Shown: in pieces, positions 56,640-64,000 of the stretch
Numbering within the stretch: position 1 is the first letter of the stretch
How the letters are laid out: each line of letters opens with the position of its first letter
DNA from: a virus
UHGV virus genome: UHGV-0289908
Strand: one strand, 5' to 3'
DNA length: 64,000 bases
Notes under the pieces: generated by a model
What the model was told of the DNA's origin: nothing
Seen by the model: only the letters and a program-made list of their open reading frames with translations
The model's database searches: none
Translations under genes and position numbers: made by a program

Positions 56640-56860
56640 GTGCTAAGGCACAGCATTCAGAATAGGCGTAGAAATTAAAGCCCGCATGTACTTTACGGGA
56701 AACACAAGACGTAAAGGTTGAAGTTAAAAACTCATAGCTAGGCTATGGCACTGGGGAATAATCGCCCCAGGTGAACTGATAGGCTGATAAGTTGGTTCAG
56801 ATTGACGTTCTTTAGTTCGGGGGTTGAAATTCTGAAAAACGAAAAAAATTTTTTAAAAAA
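56640..56860 (+). ncRNA. Candidate structured non-coding transcript downstream of PA (GC-enriched, many local hairpins)
   Basis: No ORF. Hairpins GCCCGCATGTACTTTACGGGAAAC, CATAGCTAGGCTATGG, CTGGGGAATAATCGCCCCAGG and GTTCGGGGGTTGAAATTCTGAA, ending in an A/T run before the next promoter. Confidence 0.3.
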
Positions 56861-56864
56861 ACTG

Positions 56865-56893
56865 TTGACTTCAAAATCAACAGGTGATATACT
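56865..56893 (+). promoter_or_regulatory. Rightward promoter PB: TTGACT, 17 nt, TGaTATACT. The -35 lies in the palindrome TGTTGACttcaaaaTCAACA.
   Basis: -35 at 56865-56870, -10 at 56888-56893. Confidence 0.55.
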
Positions 56894-57263
56894 TGATTTG
56901 TGTTGGTGAGTGTCCTAAGCAACTCGGAGGTCTAGGTGAAACCCCTCATTTGGGATATAGTGAATCGCACAGGGTCATTTCCCCGCGTGGTCACGGTTCT
57001 TTGAAAACATTATACAAAATCATAACGGGATAACCCGCAAGTCGCACGGGATAAGTAGCGAGACCCTAACATTAGAGTCGGATGGGCGAAAAAAGAGGGG
57101 CGATAATAGAGAGTAGTATAGCATAGTGGATTGAGTGATTGAACAGGTGCTAAGGCGGGCGAACGTTTGAAGCCGTTAGAGACTACCCGACCGCACACGT
57201 CACGAATACGGCAACATCCACAGGGACGACCAAAAAATCAAAAATCAAAAAGGACGTGATAAT

Positions 57264-58019
57264 ATGGAAACAATCAAATTTACTCGTAAAAAACAATTCT
57301 TAACATTTTTAAATGAAACGGTATCTACAAAATGTGACGAAATTCGACATCTAGAGTCTATTGTAGACAAAAAGTTTATTGAAACGGTTGGTTACCGATT
57401 AGGAATTGAGTACACTGAACAATACTCTTATGAGGCGATTTTCGCTGGATATGAGGGAGAAAAAGCAATCATCAATAATATCCAACGTTCTACCTTATGG
57501 GATATGTCATATCATGCCAATGGTTTAATGGCAAAAATGAATGAACAAATTGAATACTTGCAATTTGCTATTGAACACGGTAAAAAATTCGCAACTTATG
57601 GCGATTGTATTAAAGCATGGCATGAATTTAAAGATAACGGGACAATTCCGACAGAAATCGACACGGAAAAAGTCGAAAAAGCGGAATCATTTGATGACAA
57701 AACTTGTAAAAATCAAGTAGAATTTTTAAATGTGGTGCAAAAAGATTTACAAAACCACTCAAATCGACAAGCACGAAAAAAGCAACTTAACGAAGAAACG
57801 ATAAAAAACGACACGGAAAATGTGGAAAATGTAGAAAAAACAGAAGAAACAACACCATGTAAAAATTGTAAAACATGTGCAAATTGTTTCCACTGTGAGT
57901 TAGATGGGGAATATGGAGAATGTAAAAATAGGTCGTGCATAGTGAGGAGAAAAGATAGCTGTTCACTGTTCATGTATAAACTTGAGTCAAGCTCCCCAAC
58001 GGGTCACACTAAAACGTAA
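57264..58019 (+). CDS. Early protein (251 aa) with a C-terminal Cys-rich cluster (9 Cys in 35 aa)
   Basis: ORF from the track. The roughly 370-nt GC-rich leader runs from PB. Confidence 0.55.
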   Translation: METIKFTRKKQFLTFLNETVSTKCDEIRHLESIVDKKFIETVGYRLGIEYTEQYSYEAIFAGYEGEKAIINNIQRSTLWDMSYHANGLMAKMNEQIEYLQFAIEHGKKFATYGDCIKAWHEFKDNGTIPTEIDTEKVEKAESFDDKTCKNQVEFLNVVQKDLQNHSNRQARKKQLNEETIKNDTENVENVEKTEETTPCKNCKTCANCFHCELDGEYGECKNRSCIVRRKDSCSLFMYKLESSSPTGHTKT

Positions 58020-58084
58020 AAAATTAGTGTGACCACTGGAGGGCTTGACCCTGTAAAAATCAAAAAAAATTGGAGGAAATTAAA

Positions 58085-58351
58085 ATGCAAAAATATTATG
58101 TTACTATGAACGATACTTTTATGAGTGGATGGGGTTGTGCTGATGGAAAAATTAACAAATTAATCTTTGAATGTGATTCATACCATGAAGCGGAAATTGT
58201 AGCGGATAATGCTCGCTACCGTGGGGATATGAAATACATCAACATCAATCACAATAAACCACGATATAGCGGTACACGCTATCTAGTGCAGGAAAAAACA
58301 AAAACGGACTACCCGAATTGGTATGAGAAAAATTATTTCTATAAACACTAA
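58085..58351 (+). CDS. Hypothetical early protein (88 aa)
   Basis: ATG at 58085, 7 nt after GGAGG within TTGGAGGAAATTAAAATG. The track start at 58070 is a TTG lying inside the RBS. Confidence 0.55.
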   Translation: MQKYYVTMNDTFMSGWGCADGKINKLIFECDSYHEAEIVADNARYRGDMKYININHNKPRYSGTRYLVQEKTKTDYPNWYEKNYFYKH

Positions 58352-58468
58352 AAAATAGTCGTGTGGGCGACTTAAAAAAGGCACTTAAGCCCACAGCGTC
58401 CACCCGTTGCGGGTGGGGTGTGCACTTGAAAAAAGTGTGTAAAATATGAATTTTATGGAGGTATTACA

Positions 58469-58690
58469 ATGACTTATATTGTGAAATTTATCAATGCGAA
58501 AAAAGAAAATCCATGCGGTAGCGAGTGGACACGAATTATTAAAGATTTAAAAACAATTCGAGGGGTTGAAAATCGCATTACACGTGGGGTTAAACCTGTT
58601 GGAGCTGTCGGTTATAATATCTATCAAACGGCAAATATTTATGATGAAAAAAGTTATAGATTAATGCAAAAAGTTTATTTCACTAATTAG
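58469..58690 (+). CDS. Hypothetical early protein (73 aa)
   Basis: RBS GGAGG 8 nt upstream. Confidence 0.55.
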   Translation: MTYIVKFINAKKENPCGSEWTRIIKDLKTIRGVENRITRGVKPVGAVGYNIYQTANIYDEKSYRLMQKVYFTN

Positions 58691-58751
58691 TAGTAACACA
58701 AGACACAAAAAAATTTGTGTCCTGTATAGTGCTAATTAATAGCATGAAAAA
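58688..58751 (+). repeat. Repeated intergenic element, copy 1 (TAGTAGTAAC..GACACAAAAAAATTTGTGTC..TGCTAATTAATAGCA..GAAAAA)
   Basis: Near-identical to copy 2 at 59275-59337. Contains two hairpins. Confidence 0.6.
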
Positions 58752-58773
58752 TAAAAAATTGGAGGAAATTAAA

Positions 58774-59277
58774 ATGTTTACTATGGAAATTATCAACTAC
58801 ACAACTGATGAGGTTTATTATTTTGAGCGTTGGAGTGAAATCGAAGGAAAATTAGAGGAATTACAAGCTACTCACCCAACCCACGAAATTGGAGTATCAC
58901 ACTTTACAATATTTGGGGTGGAAATTCCATATACTAAGGAAAATGTAGAATTTATCAACTCACACGACGGCGAAGAAATTGAAGCGGTTATTACATACTA
59001 TACCAACGAATACGGTGTAGTCCCTATGGTAGAATTGCAAGACGTGGCGGACTATATGGAAAATAGAGCATGTGTGACCTATTATTTAGGGGACGACGAA
59101 ATCGAAGCGTTCGAAAATTATTGTGATGAGTTGGGAATGTTTAAGGATGTACCCGAACACGTGACACGATATATTGACTATGAAAAAATGTTGCGTGACT
59201 ATAAATTTGACGGTATGGGGGTTTACCGCTTATCATATGACCACCCGACACAATATCGCTATATGTTCTGTAATTAG
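58774..59277 (+). CDS. Hypothetical early protein (167 aa)
   Basis: ATG at 58774 after TTGGAGGAAATTAAAATG, which is identical to the RBS context of the 58085 gene. The track ORF is N-terminally extended. Confidence 0.55.
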   Translation: MFTMEIINYTTDEVYYFERWSEIEGKLEELQATHPTHEIGVSHFTIFGVEIPYTKENVEFINSHDGEEIEAVITYYTNEYGVVPMVELQDVADYMENRACVTYYLGDDEIEAFENYCDELGMFKDVPEHVTRYIDYEKMLRDYKFDGMGVYRLSYDHPTQYRYMFCN

Positions 59278-59337
59278 TAGTAACGCAAGACACAAAAAAA
59301 TTTGTGTCTTGAATAGTGCTAATTATAGCATGAAAAA
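59275..59337 (+). repeat. Repeated intergenic element, copy 2
   Basis: TAGTAGTAACgCAAGACACAAAAAAATTTGTGTCttGaATAGTGCTAATTATAGCATGAAAAAA. Confidence 0.6.
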
Positions 59338-59362
59338 ATATAAAAATATTGGAGGTTATCCT

Positions 59363-59440
59363 ATGAAAAGTTTAAACTATTTTATGTTTGGACTGATTAC
59401 CGTTTGGGTCGGTTGTAGTATTATTGTTACAGTTTTCTAA
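59363..59440 (+). CDS. 25-aa hydrophobic micropeptide (MKSLNYFMFGLITVWVGCSIIVTVF)
   Basis: RBS TTGGAGG 7 nt upstream. Single predicted TM helix. The track shows only an overlapping out-of-context 88-aa ORF. Confidence 0.4.
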   Translation: MKSLNYFMFGLITVWVGCSIIVTVF

Positions 59441-59499
59441 TTAAAAAAATATAAAATTGTGATTTTATTCACATATGCACACACTGGAGGATAAAAAAA

Positions 59500-59685
59500 A
59501 TGTTAGTAATTAAAATCATTGACACACTATCAAATATCATTACGGAAATTTTTTACATGGTCGCATGTGGCTTATATATGGCATGGCAATATCGAGCCCT
59601 TATATTTGCTTGTGGAATTGTTGCGACGGTGTTCTTTTTAGGATTATATGGGTACTGTTTACGAATTGAAGGAATTTTATTTTAA
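59500..59685 (+). CDS. Small membrane protein (61 aa, two hydrophobic segments)
   Basis: RBS CTGGAGGA upstream. Confidence 0.5.
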   Translation: MLVIKIIDTLSNIITEIFYMVACGLYMAWQYRALIFACGIVATVFFLGLYGYCLRIEGILF

Positions 59686-59692
59686 AAATATG

Positions 59693-59721
59693 TTGACAGT
59701 AAAATCAACATATGATAATAT
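59693..59721 (+). promoter_or_regulatory. Promoter PC: TTGACA, 17 nt, TGaTAATAT. The -35 lies in the palindrome TGTTGACagtaaaaTCAACA.
   Basis: -35 at 59693-59698, -10 at 59716-59721. Followed by ATAAGTGTCAAC. Confidence 0.55.
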
Positions 59722-59756
59722 AATAAGTGTCAACAACTTAAGGAGGTCATTAACTT

Positions 59757-59969
59757 ATGAATTTTAATAGAACATATTGCGGAAAAAAATTTAGTATTAC
59801 CATTGAATTGCCTTATGACGAGGGAAATTGCGGATATATTAAAGTAGAAAATCATCCTTTAGAAAATTTTGAATATTGGGAATCATTCACGTGGTATCCA
59901 TTCATTGAGACATTGGACGAACGTCTACAGGATGTTGAGGAAGAAATTAAAGAGTTTTTACCTAATTAG
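59757..59969 (+). CDS. Hypothetical early protein (70 aa)
   Basis: RBS AAGGAGG upstream. Confidence 0.55.
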   Translation: MNFNRTYCGKKFSITIELPYDEGNCGYIKVENHPLENFEYWESFTWYPFIETLDERLQDVEEEIKEFLPN

Positions 59970-60056
59970 TGTCATTTAAAAGGTATTAAAAAATAATACC
60001 TTTACTAATGCTACTAATAGCATGAAAAAAAAATAAAAAACTGGAGGAATTGAAAA

Positions 60057-60290
60057 ATGGTAGTATCTTTAAAAACTGTAATTAGAATCATGAATGAAAT
60101 TGAAAAGATGGAAAATTTAGACGGGGATAGTTTAGAGTATGCAACAGACATTGAGCAGGAAAATCGTTACATAATACGAGCTTATGACCCTAACACAAAT
60201 AGGACTTTATACGTGTACATTAGCAAGCCGAAAAATCGCTATACATACGAATATAAATTTGTAGACGGTGAAAATTTTAATCAATATTAA
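60057..60290 (+). CDS. Hypothetical early protein (77 aa)
   Basis: RBS CTGGAGGAATTGAAAAATG. Confidence 0.55.
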   Translation: MVVSLKTVIRIMNEIEKMENLDGDSLEYATDIEQENRYIIRAYDPNTNRTLYVYISKPKNRYTYEYKFVDGENFNQY

Positions 60291-60364
60291 TATTATTATA
60301 CCATGTGACCTATTTAAAATAGGTCGTATGAATATTGACATGATATGTCAAGTTAAAAAATGTG

Positions 60365-60393
60365 TTGACATTGAAAACAACATGTGGTAATAT
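60365..60393 (+). promoter_or_regulatory. Promoter PE: TTGACA, 17 nt, TGgTAATAT. It is preceded at 60335-60350 by the palindrome TTGACATgaTATGTCAA.
   Basis: -35 at 60365-60370, -10 at 60388-60393. Confidence 0.55.
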
Positions 60394-60429
60394 TTAAGTA
60401 TCGAAAAAATAATTTGGAGGAATTAATTT

Positions 60430-61053
60430 ATGAAAACTTTAGACGTGAAAAATTTATTTGTGGGAACTATGGATAATGAAACGGTTGTGACTTTAAACAT
60501 TAAACAGGTAGAATCTAATGGGGTGTATACGCTAGACGCACACTATTGTCAATCAGTAATCGAGCACGAAAAAATTTATGATGTTGAGAGTGAGCTGACC
60601 TCATTCATTGACAACGCTCGCTATGATAACAACTCTATGCGTGTGGTATTTGATTGGTTATATGACTATGATTGTGCCCTATCCGATTTAGCTTACAACA
60701 TTGCGTCGGAGTGCGAAGGTGATGTATACAAGACAAGGGAAATTCTTGAAGCAATGGACATTTATTGCGACCACGATTCATATGAGGAGGAAGCTATTGC
60801 AACAACAGAATGTAACGGGAAAAAATTCTACCTAATCGAGCAAGATAGTGAGGTCGCACCGTTTGATGGTACGAATGTATGGGGGACAAAATTAGCATAT
60901 CCCGTATTTATTCAACTATTCGCATTGATTGAGGTATACAACCACAAATACTATAGTGAATCACTTGCGGAGGAAATTAAACTAGCGGTTGAAAAATGCA
61001 ATGCAAATTTACAGGAACATTTTGAAGCCTTCATCCAACACATTGAACAATAA
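60430..61053 (+). CDS. Highly acidic early protein (207 aa); DNA-mimic / anti-restriction candidate
   Basis: ORF from the track. Very high Asp/Glu content throughout. RBS TTGGAGG. Confidence 0.5.
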   Translation: MKTLDVKNLFVGTMDNETVVTLNIKQVESNGVYTLDAHYCQSVIEHEKIYDVESELTSFIDNARYDNNSMRVVFDWLYDYDCALSDLAYNIASECEGDVYKTREILEAMDIYCDHDSYEEEAIATTECNGKKFYLIEQDSEVAPFDGTNVWGTKLAYPVFIQLFALIEVYNHKYYSESLAEEIKLAVEKCNANLQEHFEAFIQHIEQ

Positions 61054-61147
61054 TAGCTTGTGACACTATACCATATGTCCTATAGGTCATATAGGACATA
61101 TGAATATTGACACAAGTCAATGAAATAAAACTTATTGGAGGAATATT

Positions 61148-61570
61148 ATGATTAAAAACATAACTACAACATACGGAAAATTTGAATTGCGAGCGATTCA
61201 CGCTCAAGAAAAAAATGCACCGTGGGAAGATGGAAAAGATAGAACACACTGTCACTATATTATCCGTGTAAAGGATGTAGAGACAAAAAAATTCTTTGTG
61301 TTCGATTATTGGACATCATTAGCAAACCCAATTATCAATAGCAACGTGGAAATTTTAAAAGCCTTCGAATTATTTTTAGATGATTGTTTGATTGCTACTG
61401 ATACCGTGGAAAATTTCATCTATCGTAACGAATTTAAGTCAGAAAAGGAAGCACGTCGAATCTATGCAACATGTACTCGCTCACTAAGAAAAATGCAACG
61501 ACTATATGATGAGTCTATTGTAGATTTGGCGAACAACTTAAGTACTCATATTAATAATTTAACGGTTTAA
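61148..61570 (+). CDS. Hypothetical early protein (140 aa)
   Basis: RBS TTGGAGG. Upstream lie the TTGACAcaaGTCAA palindrome and a 13-bp inverted repeat. Confidence 0.55.
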   Translation: MIKNITTTYGKFELRAIHAQEKNAPWEDGKDRTHCHYIIRVKDVETKKFFVFDYWTSLANPIINSNVEILKAFELFLDDCLIATDTVENFIYRNEFKSEKEARRIYATCTRSLRKMQRLYDESIVDLANNLSTHINNLTV

Positions 61571-61632
61571 TACATAAGGGGACAACAGTCCCCACCCTAT
61601 CAATACTTATGAAAAATTTGGAGGTTTGTCAC

Positions 61633-61884
61633 ATGAAAAAAATTAAAATTCTATGCACTGTTGGATTATTGTCTGCACTGACCTTAATTGTTGGGTGCTC
61701 GAATCAAGAGACAGTGCACGATAGATTTGCATTAGGAAAAAACAATAGCCCCGTTACTGTTTGGTTAGAAAAAGGGGACGCTATCGAACGCAATGGGAAA
61801 CTCATCTTTTCAGCGACGGAAAGCACTGAGGTCGAGCTGATTGTTTATGGAAATTATAAAATTTTTACCCCAAACAAAAAATAA
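61633..61884 (+). CDS. Small lipoprotein (83 aa), a superinfection-exclusion-type candidate
   Basis: ATG at 61633 after GGAGG, then MKKIKILCTVGLLSALTLIVGCSNQ (signal peptide plus lipobox LIVGC). Confidence 0.5.
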   Translation: MKKIKILCTVGLLSALTLIVGCSNQETVHDRFALGKNNSPVTVWLEKGDAIERNGKLIFSATESTEVELIVYGNYKIFTPNKK

Positions 61885-61888
61885 AGTG

Positions 61889-61917
61889 TTGACTTTGTGG
61901 TCAATGTATGATAATAT
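61889..61917 (+). promoter_or_regulatory. Promoter PG: TTGACT, 17 nt, TGaTAATAT, with the palindrome TTGACtttgtgGTCAA
   Basis: -35 at 61889-61894, -10 at 61912-61917. Confidence 0.55.
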
Positions 61918-62011
61918 AAGAGTATAGTTTTAATCAGTCTACAACGATTGTTGTAGATTGAATTAAGACTGATAGTCTGAAAAATTCGAAAATACTGGAG
62001 GAATTAAAATT

Positions 62012-62311
62012 ATGACAACATTATTAACTATCAAGGATTTAAACTTAGGTGAGGAAAAAAAAATTCAAGAGATTGCCAGTAAGTTGGATTGGTCGGTGGA
62101 AAGTGTATTGGAGTGTGATGATTTTCACACGGAAAATTCAGCTCTTGATATGTTAGAATGGATTTATGAGGGCGACGGTGCTAACACGGTGTTATATGCA
62201 CTTGATGAAGCAAAAGTGATTGACCCTACTCTATCATTGCTTGAAAATTTATTGTTGAATCAAGAATCAGTGTTTAGCATTGATGGAGGGTACTTATTCT
62301 TTTATATCTAA
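62012..62311 (+). CDS. Hypothetical early protein (99 aa)
   Basis: RBS CTGGAGGAATTAAAATTATG. Confidence 0.55.
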   Translation: MTTLLTIKDLNLGEEKKIQEIASKLDWSVESVLECDDFHTENSALDMLEWIYEGDGANTVLYALDEAKVIDPTLSLLENLLLNQESVFSIDGGYLFFYI

Positions 62312-62401
62312 TCATTGTCTTAACTCAGTCTACAATCTCGATTGTAGATTGTATTAAGGCTATGAGCCTGTGAAATCTAAAATGAAAAGGTGGAAATTAA
62401 A

Positions 62402-62704
62402 ATGAAAGAAAAAATAATTGATTTTGGAAATTTATTAAATGAATTAAAAAAAGAAAGAGTAAAAATTGTATTTGTAAAAAACAGAGGTATTTTTTTAGAA
62501 GATAGTGAAAGCAATTTATACATAATAGAACTAAAAAAACATGGCTCATGTCTTGATAGGTTAATAGAAAAACGTGAAAAGGTTAAATTTTATATGCTAG
62601 ATAAAAACCTAAGTAAAAATATTAAAGATTGGGAAAAAGAGGTTTGGTCTTTAGGTGATGTTGAAGATTTTATGAAAAAATGTAAATTAATTAATAGTAA
62701 ATAA
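62402..62704 (+). CDS. Hypothetical protein (100 aa)
   Basis: ATG after AAAGGTGGAAATTAAAATG. The track start is a GTG inside the RBS. Confidence 0.5.
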   Translation: MKEKIIDFGNLLNELKKERVKIVFVKNRGIFLEDSESNLYIIELKKHGSCLDRLIEKREKVKFYMLDKNLSKNIKDWEKEVWSLGDVEDFMKKCKLINSK

Positions 62705-62741
62705 AATTGGAATTTGATTGAATTGAAAGGTGGAAATTGAA

Positions 62742-62882
62742 ATGGAAAACTTAGAAAAACTTAACAAATTACTTTCTTTATTGGAGCATAACATACGACA
62801 CCATGAAACACGTGGTGATTACAAATATTATGAAAAGTTGGAAGAAATTAAAGATGAAATCAGAGAATTAGTTAGTAAATAA
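62742..62882 (+). CDS. Small protein (46 aa), not in the ORF track
   Basis: GAAAGGTGGAAATTGAAATG context. Sequence MENLEKLNKLLSLLEHNIRHHETRGDYKYYEKLEEIKDEIRELVSK. Confidence 0.4.
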   Translation: MENLEKLNKLLSLLEHNIRHHETRGDYKYYEKLEEIKDEIRELVSK

Positions 62883-62918
62883 AAATCATGCTTTAAATCA
62901 AAAATGGAGGTAGAAAAA

Positions 62919-63095
62919 ATGTGGGCAATGGCAATTTCAGATTACACAAGTAAACGAACAGGTGAAGTGTGGGTCACAGAGGGCAAACAATACAAGGTCA
63001 TAAAGAAACACTCAAACACGAACGAATACACCATTAGAAACGACAATAATAAAATATGTGTAGTCCCACAGGAGATATTTACCGTTGTAAGATAG
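62919..63095 (+). CDS. Hypothetical protein (58 aa)
   Basis: ATG at 62919 after ATGGAGG. The track start is that RBS-internal ATG. Confidence 0.5.
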   Translation: MWAMAISDYTSKRTGEVWVTEGKQYKVIKKHSNTNEYTIRNDNNKICVVPQEIFTVVR

Positions 63096-63136
63096 TACTG
63101 ATGAAGTTAATTGCATATTGAAGGGTGGAAAACTAT

Positions 63137-63331
63137 ATGGCACTACAATGTTTCTTTACAAAAGAGCAACTTGAAAAAATGGATAATCGAGAACTATTAT
63201 TCGAGTACAGAACAATCATTCAAGAGGTTGAAGAGTACAAAGGAAGATTGAAAAATATTGACACTATGATGAAGTTGGTTGACTATAGACAATTAATAGG
63301 CGAGTTAATTCTTGAGCGTATGGATAAATAA
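63137..63331 (+). CDS. Hypothetical protein (64 aa)
   Basis: ATG after AAGGGTGGAAAACTAT. Confidence 0.5.
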   Translation: MALQCFFTKEQLEKMDNRELLFEYRTIIQEVEEYKGRLKNIDTMMKLVDYRQLIGELILERMDK

Positions 63332-63362
63332 TAACAGGAAAATTTGAAAGGTGGAAATTAAA

Positions 63363-63599
63363 ATGATTAAAGAAATTTTTGAAGGATTCATTCTTCCTCA
63401 ACTAGACGAACAATTAAACAGTGAGTGGTTAAATGAAGAACAGTATGAATATTTAGTTAGCAAGAGCGAGCTACTTGCGACACGCATGCAAGAGTTTTAT
63501 AAACACTATGAGAAAAATTCTATTGAACTTGAATCAGATGTCGAATTAGAGTATTTAGATAATTTATTCACAGAAGTTTTAAATACTAAAATAAATTAG
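63363..63599 (+). CDS. Hypothetical protein (78 aa)
   Basis: ATG after GAAAGGTGGAAATTAAAATG. Confidence 0.5.
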   Translation: MIKEIFEGFILPQLDEQLNSEWLNEEQYEYLVSKSELLATRMQEFYKHYEKNSIELESDVELEYLDNLFTEVLNTKIN

Positions 63600-63626
63600 A
63601 GCTTAAAAGTTTTGGAGGTTGGGCAC

Positions 63627-64000
63627 ATGAAAAAATTACAAAGATACACTAGCACTGACACAGGAATTAGTCGTTACTCTAATAGTGAGTACCTTATCAG
63701 TTGGGACGGCTCGAAGATAGTAGTCCTTCATCGACCCACAGGAGAAAAAATGCACGTATTTGTATCCAATGCAAACAAGATTGAAGCATTCGCAACACAT
63801 CCTTTCACTGGGGATGAATTCAAGTTGGAAATTCCTAATAAGGATATCAAAGAAGCGTGCCTTGAGATGGCGGCAGAAATTACAGAGTACTTGAAAAATC
63901 TAACTAATGCAAAATTAACCCCACTGAGTGGATTTAGTAGATACATGGTAAATACAGAGGGGAAAATCTTCAAGATTGTGTCAGAAGGATTGAGAGAGGT
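63627..64000 (+). CDS. Hypothetical protein, 3'-truncated by the window edge (weak NUMOD4-like GFSRYMVNTEGKIFKI motif)
   Basis: ATG at 63627 after TTTGGAGG. The frame stays open to the window end. The opposite-strand track ORF 63728..63973 is probably spurious. Confidence 0.45.
   Translation, partial: MKKLQRYTSTDTGISRYSNSEYLISWDGSKIVVLHRPTGEKMHVFVSNANKIEAFATHPFTGDEFKLEIPNKDIKEACLEMAAEITEYLKNLTNAKLTPLSGFSRYMVNTEGKIFKIVSEGLRE

Noticed and set aside
58070-63365. N-terminally extended ORF-track starts (58070, 58717, 61609, 62390, 62904, 63125, 63351) and the 88-aa ORF 59174..59440
   Set aside because: The upstream start codons are TTG/GTG/ATG triplets lying inside the Shine-Dalgarno sequence itself (ATGGAGG, GGTGGAAATT...). 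The ATG 6-9 nt after GGAGG is the real start. 59174..59440 merely overlaps the true 25-aa peptide gene.

Overview
This window is a 64 kb segment of a large, low-GC (about 35%) tailed siphovirus genome, probably infecting a low-GC Gram-positive host. It is not a bacterial chromosomal region.

Layout:
- Positions 1 to about 54,130 form one long minus-strand gene train (transcribed right to left). In transcription order it runs:
  - a 356-aa hypothetical protein, then a Bro-N/KilA-like protein;
  - a GIY-YIG homing endonuclease;
  - a 917-aa protein with the two double-psi beta-barrel signatures of a YonO/QDE-1-like single-chain RNA polymerase;
  - a zinc-ribbon protein, an HU-like protein and a BMP-family (nucleoside-binding) lipoprotein;
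  - three tRNAs (Thr, Ser, Met) flanking a 1.3 kb ORF-free stretch;
  - a metallophosphoesterase, then a putative small terminase;
  - a large terminase interrupted by a 444-aa LAGLIDADG intein in its P-loop;
  - portal, capsid-assembly genes, major capsid and neck proteins, major tail protein, chaperone and a 2186-aa tape measure;
  - Dit, a 1138-aa Tal with His-rich 11-aa repeats, and a set of modular tail-fibre genes, including a 2639-aa fibre with collagen-like tracts and three tandem ~160-aa modules.
- Positions about 54,130 to 57,260 form a 3.1 kb non-coding control/origin region. It contains:
  - a leftward promoter with a leader hairpin;
  - phased T-tracts (bent DNA);
  - a 140-bp polypurine/G-run tract;
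  - two iteron families (TTCGACA in 10-bp-spaced pairs, and ACTAAAC);
  - three DnaA boxes (TTATCCACA);
  - a perfect 44-bp alternating purine-pyrimidine tract;
  - rightward promoters with GC-rich leaders.
- From 57,264 to the window end there is a rightward, early-looking block of small genes. Each is served by near-identical TTGAC-17-TGnTAATAT promoters whose -35 lies inside a palindrome, and they are separated by repeated hairpin-bearing intergenic elements.

No CRISPR array, rRNA or integrase is evident.
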